Positions 8,754 to 17,638 of a stretch of 23,030 nt of DNA are shown piece after piece (the stretch's first letter is position 1; each line of letters opens with the position of its first letter). Under the pieces are notes generated by a model. It searched no databases. It saw nothing but the letters and a program-made list of their open reading frames with translations, and was not told the origin of the DNA. Location: contig JBHIAV010000046.1 in NCBI GenBank assembly GCA_046758745.1, forward strand, positions 1 through 23,030, read 5' to 3'. Position numbers and translations under genes: made by a program. The DNA is from Gemmatimonadota bacterium. GTDB taxonomy: Bacteria; Gemmatimonadota; Gemmatimonadetes; Palauibacterales; Palauibacteraceae.

Positions 8754-10331
8754 ATGATGCCGTCGGGTAGGCACTGGGATGCGGTGGTCATCGGCAGCGG
8801 TTTCGGCGGGAGCACTGTCGCCCTGAAGCTCGCCGAGGCCGGAATGTCGGTGCTGGTCCTGGAGCGCGGTCGGTGGGTGGACCGTGATGAGAGCGCTTGG
8901 AGCACGCATGCGATTCACATCGACCAGAAATACCGGGGGCAGACTCCCTTCGAGGCACATGCGCCCGGGCTCCGGGGCCTGGTCTATCCCAATCACACGG
9001 TGGGCGGCAACTCGGTCTTCTACGGTGCAGTCTCGTTTCGCCATCGTGCGGACGATTTCAGGCGGCGCAGTCGCTTTGGAGATGCTTCGCCCGAGCGCGT
9101 CTTCGTCGATTGGCCTTTCTCCTACCAAGACCTGGCTCCCTATTACGACCAGGCAGAGCGGCTGCTCGGCGTGGTCGGAGTAGCCGGCGTGGATCCGACG
9201 GAGCCGCCGCGAGACTCGGATTACGCAGGCGCTCCGCCTCCCTACGCGACACCGGCGAGGCGCGTGGCGCGAGCAGCCCGGAAGCTGGGCCTGCGCCCCT
9301 TCCCGATCCCGCTGGCGATCAACTCCAACGGAGGGAACGGTCGGAGCAGGTGCGTCAGGTGCCTCACCTGCGATCTGTACCCGTGCAAGATCGGGGCGAA
9401 GAACGATCTCTGCGTGACGGTGTTGCCCGAGGCGGTGCGACATGGTGCCGTGATTGCGGATCGGGTGACTGCAACCGCGCTCGTCCGGAAGAGGGGTCGC
9501 ATCACCGGAGTGCAGTACCTGGACCTGGATACCGGAGAAACAGGCACCATCTCCACGGCCCTCGCTGTCGTGAGCGGCGGCGCCATCGGGTCCCCGAGGC
9601 TCCTCCTCGCCTCCGGACTGGGGGAGGTAGAGCCGAACGGCGGCCTGATCGGGCGGTACCTCATGCGGCACTGCAGCGGCGTGGTGGCCGGTTTCTTCAC
9701 AGCCATCACCAATCCGGAGCGGCGGTTCCACAAGCAGGTGGCAATCACCGATTTCTACTCCGGTGGTCCAAACGGTGGAGGACCTGTCGGGCCCTGGGGG
9801 ATGATTCAGAGCCTTCAGGTTCCACCGCCGGAGTTCATCAAGATGGTGATGCCGTTTCCCTCCGACCTGATCGGGACCCTGAGCCACAAGCGCAACATCT
9901 TCCTGATGTGCCTGGCCGAGGATGTGCCGCAGTTCGATAACCGGGTGACCCTACACCCGGAGAAAACGGACTTGTACGGGCAGCCCATTGCCATGGTGCG
10001 CTACGAGCACCATCCGGACGACCTGGCGCGGCGGAGCGCCCTCTACCGAGTGGCCAAACGAATCATGCGAAAAGCGGGTGCCTGGGCATGGGTGCACATG
10101 GCCACCAGGAGCTTCTCTCACGCCGCCGGCACCTGCCGCTGCGGAACTGACCCGGCTCACGCCGTCCTGGATCCCATGTGTCGCTTCTTTGGCATACCGA
10201 ACCTCTTCGTGGTGGATGCCAGCTTCATGCCCACATCGGGTGCGGTCAATCCCAGCCTCACCATCGCGGCCAACGGACTTCGGGTGGGTGAGTACATCGT
10301 GGCGCAGTGGACCGACATGCCAAGGCCGTAA
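8754..10331 (+). CDS. GMC-family FAD oxidoreductase
   Basis: GSGFGG dinucleotide fold, VLERG, VGGNSVFY, DWPFSY, CVRCLTCDLYPC Cys cluster, GRYLMRH, HAAGTCRCG, VDASFMPTSGAVNPSLTIAAN. GGAGGAG RBS before ATG 8754. Confidence 0.93.
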   Translation: MMPSGRHWDAVVIGSGFGGSTVALKLAEAGMSVLVLERGRWVDRDESAWSTHAIHIDQKYRGQTPFEAHAPGLRGLVYPNHTVGGNSVFYGAVSFRHRADDFRRRSRFGDASPERVFVDWPFSYQDLAPYYDQAERLLGVVGVAGVDPTEPPRDSDYAGAPPPYATPARRVARAARKLGLRPFPIPLAINSNGGNGRSRCVRCLTCDLYPCKIGAKNDLCVTVLPEAVRHGAVIADRVTATALVRKRGRITGVQYLDLDTGETGTISTALAVVSGGAIGSPRLLLASGLGEVEPNGGLIGRYLMRHCSGVVAGFFTAITNPERRFHKQVAITDFYSGGPNGGGPVGPWGMIQSLQVPPPEFIKMVMPFPSDLIGTLSHKRNIFLMCLAEDVPQFDNRVTLHPEKTDLYGQPIAMVRYEHHPDDLARRSALYRVAKRIMRKAGAWAWVHMATRSFSHAAGTCRCGTDPAHAVLDPMCRFFGIPNLFVVDASFMPTSGAVNPSLTIAANGLRVGEYIVAQWTDMPRP

Positions 10332-10336
10332 CGCGA

Positions 10337-11419
10337 GTGAGCGGGATCAACCTCTGCATTCTGGGGTGCGGGTCGATCGCGAGGCTGCACAGCCGGATCG
10401 CCCGTACGCTGCGACCCCAGCTCAATCTCCTGTACGCGAGCCGATCACTCCAGAAGGCCGAGGCCTATCGCCGCCGGTTCAAGGGAGCAGGTGCCTTCGG
10501 GAGCTACGAGGAGGCCTGCGGCTCACTGGACGTGGACGCCATCCTGATCTGCACTCCCCATGCATTGCATGTGGAGCACGCGCTGCTGGGCGCTCGCCAC
10601 GGCAAACACCTGCTCATCGAGAAGCCGGTCACCCGGGACCTCGCGCAGCTGACCCAAATCGAACGCGCAGTGGAACGGGCCGGCGTGGTCTGCATGGTCG
10701 CTGAGAACTATCACTTCAAGCCGGTTGTCCGGGTGCTTCGCCACCATCTCGAGGCAGGGGACATCGGAGACCCCATCTTCATCGAACTGAACAAGACCGG
10801 GGGCCATCCCGCCGACGGGTGGCGAGCCGATGCGCAGATGATGGGAGGGGGAGCCCTTCTGGAGGGCGGCATACACTGGATCCATCTCGTGCTGTGCGTC
10901 GGAGGGCCGGCGCGTGAGGTCATCGCCGCGAGGCCGACCCACCCCTCACCGCGCCACGCGCCCTTCGAGGACAACCTCGAGGTGCTGTTGAAGTTCGACA
11001 ACGGATCGATCGGCAAGCTGCTCCATTCCTGGAGCACGTCGAACCGCCTCGGGGGGTTGCAGGCATCCAAGATCTACGGCACCGCCGGCAACATCACTTT
11101 CGAGAGCAACGGCTTATGGGCCCTGGTGCTCGGTCGCCGCAAGCGCCTTCGTATACCCGGATGGCGCGACATGATGGGGCGTCGCGGTATGCTGAAGGAG
11201 TTTCTGGCATGCGTGCGGGAGGGCCGGGAGCCTGCCGTGTCGCTCGCGGTGGCCCGCCGGGACCTCGAAGTCGTGCTGGCGGCCTACCGATCGCTGAGTT
11301 CCGGACGGTTCGAGCGTGTCGCCGCCCATGGTGACTCCGAACCCCGGAAGCCGACGGGAGCCGGCGCCCGCGAGCGGGAATCGCCCGAGGACGCGAGTCT
11401 CAAGGGCGAAGGGAGCTGA
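10337..11419 (+). CDS. Gfo/Idh/MocA-family NAD(P)-dependent oxidoreductase
   Basis: GCGSIA, ICTPHALH, KHLLIEKP, GGGALLEGGIH. Probable GTG start 6 nt after the GMC stop. Confidence 0.9.
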   Translation: MSGINLCILGCGSIARLHSRIARTLRPQLNLLYASRSLQKAEAYRRRFKGAGAFGSYEEACGSLDVDAILICTPHALHVEHALLGARHGKHLLIEKPVTRDLAQLTQIERAVERAGVVCMVAENYHFKPVVRVLRHHLEAGDIGDPIFIELNKTGGHPADGWRADAQMMGGGALLEGGIHWIHLVLCVGGPAREVIAARPTHPSPRHAPFEDNLEVLLKFDNGSIGKLLHSWSTSNRLGGLQASKIYGTAGNITFESNGLWALVLGRRKRLRIPGWRDMMGRRGMLKEFLACVREGREPAVSLAVARRDLEVVLAAYRSLSSGRFERVAAHGDSEPRKPTGAGARERESPEDASLKGEGS

Positions 11420-12806
11420 GCAGCGACCGGGACCGTGTGGCGAGCGCCCCGAGCGTTCGGGCCATGTAGACGAGCAGCGTTGCGACGCCCCATCCGAAGG
11501 TGACGTAGAAGGCCTCCTCCAGGTGCCCCGCGGCGAGGCCGACGAGGAGGACGAGCATATAGATGTTCCGCCGCCCCGCGACCAGCCGGAACGCCCGGTC
11601 GAAGGGCCGGTGATCGTGAATCTGTCGGTCGGTGAGCCGCTTGTAGAAACCCGAAACGGCGCGTGCCCCCAGCATCACCCCGACGAGCCCCACACCGAGT
11701 TGCAGCGGCAACCGGTGACCGGTGGCCTGAAGCAGCCCCCAACCCAGCCCCACGTACCACGAGAGCTCGAAGGTCACGTCGAGCAGGTGGTCCAGCCGAT
11801 CCCCGAAGGGGCTCGCCTGCAGCTTCACCCGTGCCAGCTTCCCGTCGACTCCGTCCAGCACGTTGACGATCAAGGCGATCGCGAGACCCCACCCGAACGA
11901 TTGCGTGGCGAAAAGATAGGTAGCGGCGAATGCCACTAGGCCAGTGAAGACGGTGAGCTGGTTCGGGGTGACGGGGGTGCTGGCGATCCACCGCACGCAA
12001 AGGTTCTCGGGTGCGGGATGGAGGAAGCGTGCGGGGAAGTCGAGAACCCCCTTTTGAGCGGCGTCCAGGATCATACGTTCGGCGCGCTTTCGGTCCTCGG
12101 CCGTGCGCAGCACGCACCAATACGGCCGAAGATGGCGACGAAGATCGGGTACATAGGCGGGGAGATCGCGGACCACGAGCCTTGGATCCGCCGCACACGC
12201 TTCGACGCCGACCGCTGCGCCGAAATGGGCCTTGCGGATCTCTGCCACACGGTCGGGAAGCGACCCGCCGTCCAACTTGGCGAGTCCGATCGGGCGCACG
12301 GCGTCCTCACCAGCACCCTCGCCCTCCCGGGCCCGGTCCACCAACCATGTCGGGCTCGGCAAGGCCAAAATCCGGCGGTAAAGCCGCGGATCGTACACAC
12401 CCTCACTCCGGACCAACAAGACCTCTGCCGGCCGCCCGACGGAGCCGGGGATCCCTCCTGGCCCGTCGTCGTGCACGAAGATGACGCGCATGCCACCGAG
12501 AGGGACTTCCGCCAATTGGCGGCGGATCTCGTGCTCGACGTCGCGCTCGGCCGGCTGGCCGTCGAGAAAGACCACGCAGCGCTCGACGCCGATCTCAGCC
12601 AGATGGTAGAGATGCCGTTGTAGAGGCGAGCGGCCGAGAATCCGGCGGAGGCTTACAGGCAGCCCGGAGCCGGGAAGCTTTCGCTCGAGCCCGCCGGCGA
12701 TGGCTGCCACGATGCCGCCATGGCGACCCGGAGCAGCCGGGCGGACCGAGGGAACGGGATCCCTAGATGCCCTTGCAGTTCTCACATAGGGTCCCGGCGA
12801 AGTCAT
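11400..12806 (-). CDS. CDP-alcohol phosphotransferase with degenerate N-terminal nucleotidyltransferase-like domain
   Basis: TPNQLT and complete motif DGVDGKLAR...GDRLDHLLD; multiple TM helices. The N-terminal ~250 aa (ILGRSPLQRHLYHLAEIGVERCVV) resemble an NTP-transferase but lack GxGxR...PK. Start position is uncertain. Confidence 0.85.
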   Translation of the reverse strand: MTSPGPYVRTARASRDPVPSVRPAAPGRHGGIVAAIAGGLERKLPGSGLPVSLRRILGRSPLQRHLYHLAEIGVERCVVFLDGQPAERDVEHEIRRQLAEVPLGGMRVIFVHDDGPGGIPGSVGRPAEVLLVRSEGVYDPRLYRRILALPSPTWLVDRAREGEGAGEDAVRPIGLAKLDGGSLPDRVAEIRKAHFGAAVGVEACAADPRLVVRDLPAYVPDLRRHLRPYWCVLRTAEDRKRAERMILDAAQKGVLDFPARFLHPAPENLCVRWIASTPVTPNQLTVFTGLVAFAATYLFATQSFGWGLAIALIVNVLDGVDGKLARVKLQASPFGDRLDHLLDVTFELSWYVGLGWGLLQATGHRLPLQLGVGLVGVMLGARAVSGFYKRLTDRQIHDHRPFDRAFRLVAGRRNIYMLVLLVGLAAGHLEEAFYVTFGWGVATLLVYMARTLGALATRSRSLLSSLRP

Positions 12807-13671
12807 TCCTCCTCATTCGATCCCGGTACTGTCTGTATTGCTCGCTGTTCCAAATCTCGCGGATCGAGCTGTCGTGGATGTTTCCGAAGACGTGCTTACG
12901 CTCCCAATCGACACAGCAGAGCACCATGTCGCCGTTCCACAGGATCCACGCCCTCCAGAACGGGATCGTGCAGTAGGTTGCGTACCTCCACTCGCCCTCT
13001 TCGGCCGCGATGTCCGTGTTGTCCGTGATTTCGGGATGGGCCCTGTTGTCGAGCTCCCGTGCCTTGAACCGAATGCCCCGCTCTGCCCAGAAGGATCGGG
13101 TGTCCTCCAGCTGTCGATCGACATCCTTGGTCCGAACGGCCCACACTTCGAGGTGCGGTGTCTTCGAGCCCAGCTCATCCTTCACCCGAACCAGGGTTTC
13201 GATGTTTTCGATCGTTCTCGCGAAGCGAGGGCCCCTCATGGTGTCCTCGTAAACCTGTGGATCGACACCCTGCACGCTGAACCTGATGTGTTCGAGTCCG
13301 GAGCGGACGAGGTCGTAAGCCCTCTGCTCGGTCAACAAACCTCCATTGGTGATCAGTTTCGAGATCGGGAAGCGCTTGTTGCCACGTCGCTCCATGATGT
13401 ACGCGATCCGTTCGTGGATCTTGCGATCCACCAACGGGTCGTTCTGAAGGTACGGGCTCAACACCTTGACGTTGTTCTCGATCGCCTCATCCACGATGCG
13501 CCGGAAGGTCGCGTCGTCCATGCAGCCGTGTATCTGGTTTTCTTCGCGCCCCATCGGACAGAACACGCACCGGGCATTACAGCCGTATTTCGTCTGTATC
13601 TGGATGATCTGGGGAAAGGAGGGTGTGAAGCGGGAGAAGGCATGGTACTTCACATACTCCATGAGCGGCAC
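12763..13671 (-). CDS. Radical SAM protein with SPASM/twitch domain
   Basis: CNARCVFC cluster motif, ITNG, and C-terminal YCTIPF...GDMVLCCVDW...GNI....IREIWNS...LCENC. Start is GTG 13671 or ATG 13662. Confidence 0.93.
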   Translation of the reverse strand: MPLMEYVKYHAFSRFTPSFPQIIQIQTKYGCNARCVFCPMGREENQIHGCMDDATFRRIVDEAIENNVKVLSPYLQNDPLVDRKIHERIAYIMERRGNKRFPISKLITNGGLLTEQRAYDLVRSGLEHIRFSVQGVDPQVYEDTMRGPRFARTIENIETLVRVKDELGSKTPHLEVWAVRTKDVDRQLEDTRSFWAERGIRFKARELDNRAHPEITDNTDIAAEEGEWRYATYCTIPFWRAWILWNGDMVLCCVDWERKHVFGNIHDSSIREIWNSEQYRQYRDRMRRNDFAGTLCENCKGI

Positions 13672-13871
13672 GGAAGCGGCCGCTGGCCCCGGAGGGGTCA
13701 GTTTGCGGCGAATCTGGTGCAGTGCCTTGCCCAGTGGAGGCTCCTCGTTCAGCTCGGCGCGTCGAGCCCAGGTTTAATGTGAACGGGAGAGGCGCCGGAG
13801 AAGTTCGGATGGATACGGGCGCTGGCCCGCCCGGCGGGAGAGCGCCTCGCCGAGCGCCGAGCCGGATGCCG

Positions 13872-13996
13872 GAGCCGGGCCGGGGCACGGGGCCTTGGCC
13901 GCGCCGGACGCTCAAGCCGGGCCGCACCACCGAGCCGGGCCGAACCACCGAGCCGGGCCGGGGCACCGGTCCGGAGCCGGGCCGCGGCACGGGGCC
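13872..13996. repeat. GC-rich repeat array, core AGCCGGGCCG, central copies with 18-bp period
   Basis: Core copies at 13873, 13915, 13933, 13951 and 13975. First and last copies are both followed by a GGCACGGGGCC tail. Confidence 0.8.
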
Positions 13997-14156
13997 GTAT
14001 CGGCCACACAGACCCGTCGAACCGCCCTCGCTGGCGAGCCGGGCGAAGGAACAGAATCAGCGAAACTCTCCGGCCGTGGTGAACAGGCGGGGCCAACCGT
14101 AATCTACTCGCCGGCCAAGCGTAATCGTCGGGCAAACCGGCAGCAACCAATCGAGC

Positions 14157-15647
14157 ATGCGAACCACGACCGAGACCGACACGCGCGATCTGGCTCGGGG
14201 CGCGGGCGTCAACTATCTGGGGTTCATCGCGAGGCTCGCGCCCCGGGCCCTGTTCCTGTTCCTGGCCGGCTCGCTCTACGGAGAAGCTCGGTTCGGAGTG
14301 TTCACGTTCGGCATCACGCTCGTCGAGACGGCCGCGGCGGTGGCTCTTTTCGGCATGAAGCGGTCGCTCTTCAAGTTCATGAGCGAAGCTGTGGTCCGCG
14401 GCGAAACCGAACTTCGCGCCGTCGCCAACGGCATGGCGCTGGCTCTGACGACAGGCACCGTCATCACGCTTGCCGTCTCGGTCGGCGCCGATTTCCTCGC
14501 CGGGTTGTTCCGCCTGCCGTCCGCTGCCAGACCGCTTCTCCTGCTCACTCCCGCCATTCCCATGATCGTCGTCTCCGACATCCTCCTCGTGGCGATTCGC
14601 TTCACCCGCCAGATGCGCTTCGAAGTGTGGGCGCGCAGTGTCGCGGAACCCATCACCCTCACCGCCACGGTCGCGATCGCGTACTATGCGGGAGCCCGCG
14701 AAACCGGGCTCCTCATCGGGTATGTGGCGTCGCTGGCCGTGGCGGCCGTCGCATCCGTAATCTTCTTCGTACGAATCTTCCCCCTCCGAACGTGCCTCAG
14801 GATTCCCCTGCAGTGGGAGGAGATGCGCCGACTCATCACCTTCAGTGGACCGACGGCCGGCTACGAGCTCATGCTCCTCCTGACGGACAAGGTCGACATC
14901 TTCCTGGTCACCTACTTCTCCCCCGCAGCGGTCGTAGGGATATATGGGATGGCCCGCCAGCTTTCGACCGTCACCAAGAAGATACGTCAGGGCTTCGACC
15001 GCATTCTGCCGCCGATCCTGTCCGAGAGCATCGCTGCCGGAGACATGGAGCGGGCCCGCGATCAGCTTGCCATGGTGGCGCGGTGGATCCTGTCGATCGA
15101 AGTGCTGATCGTCCTGGGGTTCGCGTTCTACGCCGGCCATCTGCTCGGCCTGCTCGGCGGCGCGTTCGCCGCCGGCGCCGTCATTCTGATCCTCCTGCTG
15201 ATCGGGGATACCATCAACGGCAGCCTCGGCGTAAGCGAGCTTCCGATCGTCTACCTCCGACCCAGCGTGAACATCGCCATCGGCGCCGCCATGCTTCTGA
15301 TGAGCGTGGCTACCAACATCTGGCTCATCCAGGCGATGGGGGCGGTAGGCGCCGCCCTGTCCGTGGTCATCACGTATGCGCTGGTCAACGCCGGGCGGGT
15401 CGGGGTGAACCGGTGGTTGTTTCACATCACGCCGGTGAAGCCGAGCATCCTCAAGCCGCTGCTCGCAGCGTTTCCCGCGGTGGCGGCCATGCTGGCGTGG
15501 CAGCACCTCTCCGCAGACGTACCGTGGGTCGGCACGCTGGTCGGAGTCCCCGTGCTGGTCGCAAGCTATGTGGGTGCACTCTTACTCCTGGGGCTCGAAC
15601 CCGAGGACCGGAGGCAGCTACGGCGGCTGCGCCGCCGCAGCGGGTGA
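14157..15647 (+). CDS. Wzx-like flippase (MOP superfamily, polysaccharide-biosynthesis protein)
   Basis: ~12-14 hydrophobic segments; LARGAGVNYLG start; DKVDIFLV...VGIYGMA; NIWLIQAMGAVGAALS. Confidence 0.85.
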   Translation: MRTTTETDTRDLARGAGVNYLGFIARLAPRALFLFLAGSLYGEARFGVFTFGITLVETAAAVALFGMKRSLFKFMSEAVVRGETELRAVANGMALALTTGTVITLAVSVGADFLAGLFRLPSAARPLLLLTPAIPMIVVSDILLVAIRFTRQMRFEVWARSVAEPITLTATVAIAYYAGARETGLLIGYVASLAVAAVASVIFFVRIFPLRTCLRIPLQWEEMRRLITFSGPTAGYELMLLLTDKVDIFLVTYFSPAAVVGIYGMARQLSTVTKKIRQGFDRILPPILSESIAAGDMERARDQLAMVARWILSIEVLIVLGFAFYAGHLLGLLGGAFAAGAVILILLLIGDTINGSLGVSELPIVYLRPSVNIAIGAAMLLMSVATNIWLIQAMGAVGAALSVVITYALVNAGRVGVNRWLFHITPVKPSILKPLLAAFPAVAAMLAWQHLSADVPWVGTLVGVPVLVASYVGALLLLGLEPEDRRQLRRLRRRSG

Positions 15648-15664
15648 TCGTCACGATCGAAGCG

Positions 15665-17215
15665 TTATCCGGCCGCTGTTTCCCTTGCCCGCTCGGGCTC
15701 GGCCTGCACGAGCCAATCCGGACGATCCACACGGGCGCCGAGGAGGGGAGCCTGCCGGTCACGCCTCGCTCGCCGGAGTGACGAAAGATTCGCTCGCACC
15801 GTCGCTGGAAGCAGCAGAAAGGTGGCGGCGATGCCGGCCATGGGGAGCACCAGGGGTAGCTGACCCACCACAGCCAGCAGCAGCACCCACGCCGCCATCA
15901 GGTCCCTCTTGCCGAGATACTGAAGCACCCGCAGGACCCGACTCAACGGACCGTTCCCCTTCTGGAAGCCGTAGCGCACGGCGAGCGCGCTACCCGATTT
16001 GCCCCGCCGCAGCAGGTAGAAAGAGATGTTAGCCAGGCTGAGGAACACGGCCGCGAGGCCGAGCACGCCGGTCCAGAAGTAAAAATCCGGCAGCGGCGAC
16101 CGGTGGACACCGATTATCAATCCCACCAGGAATGCGAGATAGGCGATGTTGTCGCATATGGTGTCGACCCATTCTCCGCGGTAGCTGCCGCGGAAGGTGA
16201 GCTTGGCCACCTCACCGTCCGTGCCATCCAGAATCGACGCGGCCTGGAAGAGGATGCCGCTCAGCAGGAAGGAAAGGTATCCGCCTGCCGCGGCGAACCC
16301 GGCGGAGACCAACCCGATCACGAGCGCGGCCACACTCACCTGGTTGGGAGTGATCGACGTCCTGACGACGCGGCGACTCACAGCCGTCGAGATCGGCCGG
16401 TTGATATACCGAGCAATCGGGCCGTCGGTCGACCGTCGCACGCCGGCCATCAGCCTTCGCTCCGCCTCGGCCACGTCTTCGGGTGTGTCAACATCGTACC
16501 ACATGCGGTCCCCGATGTCGGTCGCCCGGGCCATACCCGCCGCTGCCAGCTTCTGGACGCCATCGGAGAGAGCTGCATCGCCGTCCTCGCAAGACGCCCT
16601 CAGGGCCGCGAAGAGGGCTGGCGATGCCAGAAACACCCCGGTATCGATGGCATCATAGGTCGGGAGTGCCTTCCCGATGGCCACGATGTGGTCGGACTCG
16701 ACCTGTACCTTGGTGGCGTCTTCCAGGTCGAGCACACCGTCGATCCGGTAGTCGACTGCCAGATCGATCCCCTGTAGACGGTGGACATTCTCGGTGAGCG
16801 CGATCACCACCGCGGGATCGAAGAGGTGATCGGCCATCGTCAGGATGAACGGACCTCTGAGCACGGCTTCGGCCGCGAGCGCCGATAGACCGTTCGACTT
16901 CCGCCACTGGTCGTTATACAACCAGCGTACCTCGATATTCAGTCTCCCGATTCTTTCGATCTCTCGCCGGATCTTTTCGGCCTGGTACCCCACTACGACG
17001 TGGGCCGTCTCGAGACCGGCCTCTTCGAGCGTGAACAGCGTCCTCGCGAGGAGCGGCACTCCAAGCAGTGGAAGGAGCTGCTTCGGCGTGTGGCTCGTGA
17101 GTCTCGTTCCGTCGCCGGCGGCTAGAACCACGGCATCGGCAATACGCTGTCTATGGTCACTCACGTCGTGCATCCAAGTCTTTCGGAATGGAGAGTCGAC
17201 GACGGCGTTAGTCAT
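15665..17215 (-). CDS. Bifunctional NTP-transferase / CDP-alcohol phosphotransferase (IPCT/DIPPS-like architecture)
   Basis: AVVLAAGDGTRL...PKQL, SNGLSA, LTMADH, DLEDATKV, IDTGVF, WYDVDTPED; linker DGPIARYINRPIS; TPNQVS; DGTDGEVAK...GEWVDTICD. GGAGG RBS before ATG 17215. Confidence 0.9.
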   Translation of the reverse strand: MTNAVVDSPFRKTWMHDVSDHRQRIADAVVLAAGDGTRLTSHTPKQLLPLLGVPLLARTLFTLEEAGLETAHVVVGYQAEKIRREIERIGRLNIEVRWLYNDQWRKSNGLSALAAEAVLRGPFILTMADHLFDPAVVIALTENVHRLQGIDLAVDYRIDGVLDLEDATKVQVESDHIVAIGKALPTYDAIDTGVFLASPALFAALRASCEDGDAALSDGVQKLAAAGMARATDIGDRMWYDVDTPEDVAEAERRLMAGVRRSTDGPIARYINRPISTAVSRRVVRTSITPNQVSVAALVIGLVSAGFAAAGGYLSFLLSGILFQAASILDGTDGEVAKLTFRGSYRGEWVDTICDNIAYLAFLVGLIIGVHRSPLPDFYFWTGVLGLAAVFLSLANISFYLLRRGKSGSALAVRYGFQKGNGPLSRVLRVLQYLGKRDLMAAWVLLLAVVGQLPLVLPMAGIAATFLLLPATVRANLSSLRRARRDRQAPLLGARVDRPDWLVQAEPERARETAAG

Positions 17216-17342
17216 CAGCGCCTCCGGCGGCGGCCGAGGCTGCGCATGCCGGGGTGGTGTCGGACCAGCAACCCGGCAGAGAATGCTGTCGTGACGCGGA
17301 CCTCGCCTCTTCAGCGAACGCCGCGGCTGGGAGGCTTCCGGG

Positions 17343-17484
17343 GCGGAGCTCCCGGATCGGCGCTCCGGCCTCCGCCTCATTGAGGATGGCGACTACCTGC
17401 TTCTCGGTGGACCGGCGCCTCCGCATAGCTCCTCCTCTCAGCCCGGAGTGCGATGATAGCCCCCCGATTCGCGGGGTTGGGTCA
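17343..17484 (-). mobile_element. IS3-family (IS407-group-like) left-end remnant with truncated orfA
   Basis: Minus strand starts TGACCCAACCCC (IS3-type TGACC end), then a GAGGAGGAG RBS and MRRRRSTEKQVVAILNEAEAGAPIRELR, matching the OrfA consensus MKKxRFTEEQIxxILxEAEAGxxVxELCR. Similarity stops after 28 codons. Confidence 0.7.
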
Positions 17485-17638
17485 GCGGGACCGCTCCGTC
17501 CTCCCGAGCCGAACCTACTTTACAGCTACTGGCCGAGATTCCACAGCCTGACAAACCGGGGACACTCTCGCCATGTTCCTCTTGTCACCTTGGCACCAGG
17601 GGTTGTATGTGAGGAACCCGCCGCGACATAGCGGCCAA

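Noticed and set aside
8754-13671. Aminoglycoside/aminocyclitol antibiotic or RiPP cluster
   Set aside because: No DOI synthase, aminotransferase, glycosyltransferase, resistance gene or precursor peptide is seen.
13715-13730. Sigma-54-like TGGTGC...TTGC
   Set aside because: GG-N11-GC rather than the required GG-N10-GC.
13749-15781. ORFs 13749..15506 (-) and 13895..15781 (+)
   Set aside because: They overlap the flippase in other frames and are low-complexity with no motifs.
17208-17426. Intact transposase or complete IS
   Set aside because: OrfA similarity ends after 28 codons; no OrfB/DDE domain and no convincing right inverted repeat.
17591-17606. Sigma-54-like TGGCAC...TTGT
   Set aside because: Spacing is one base too long and it has GT instead of GC.
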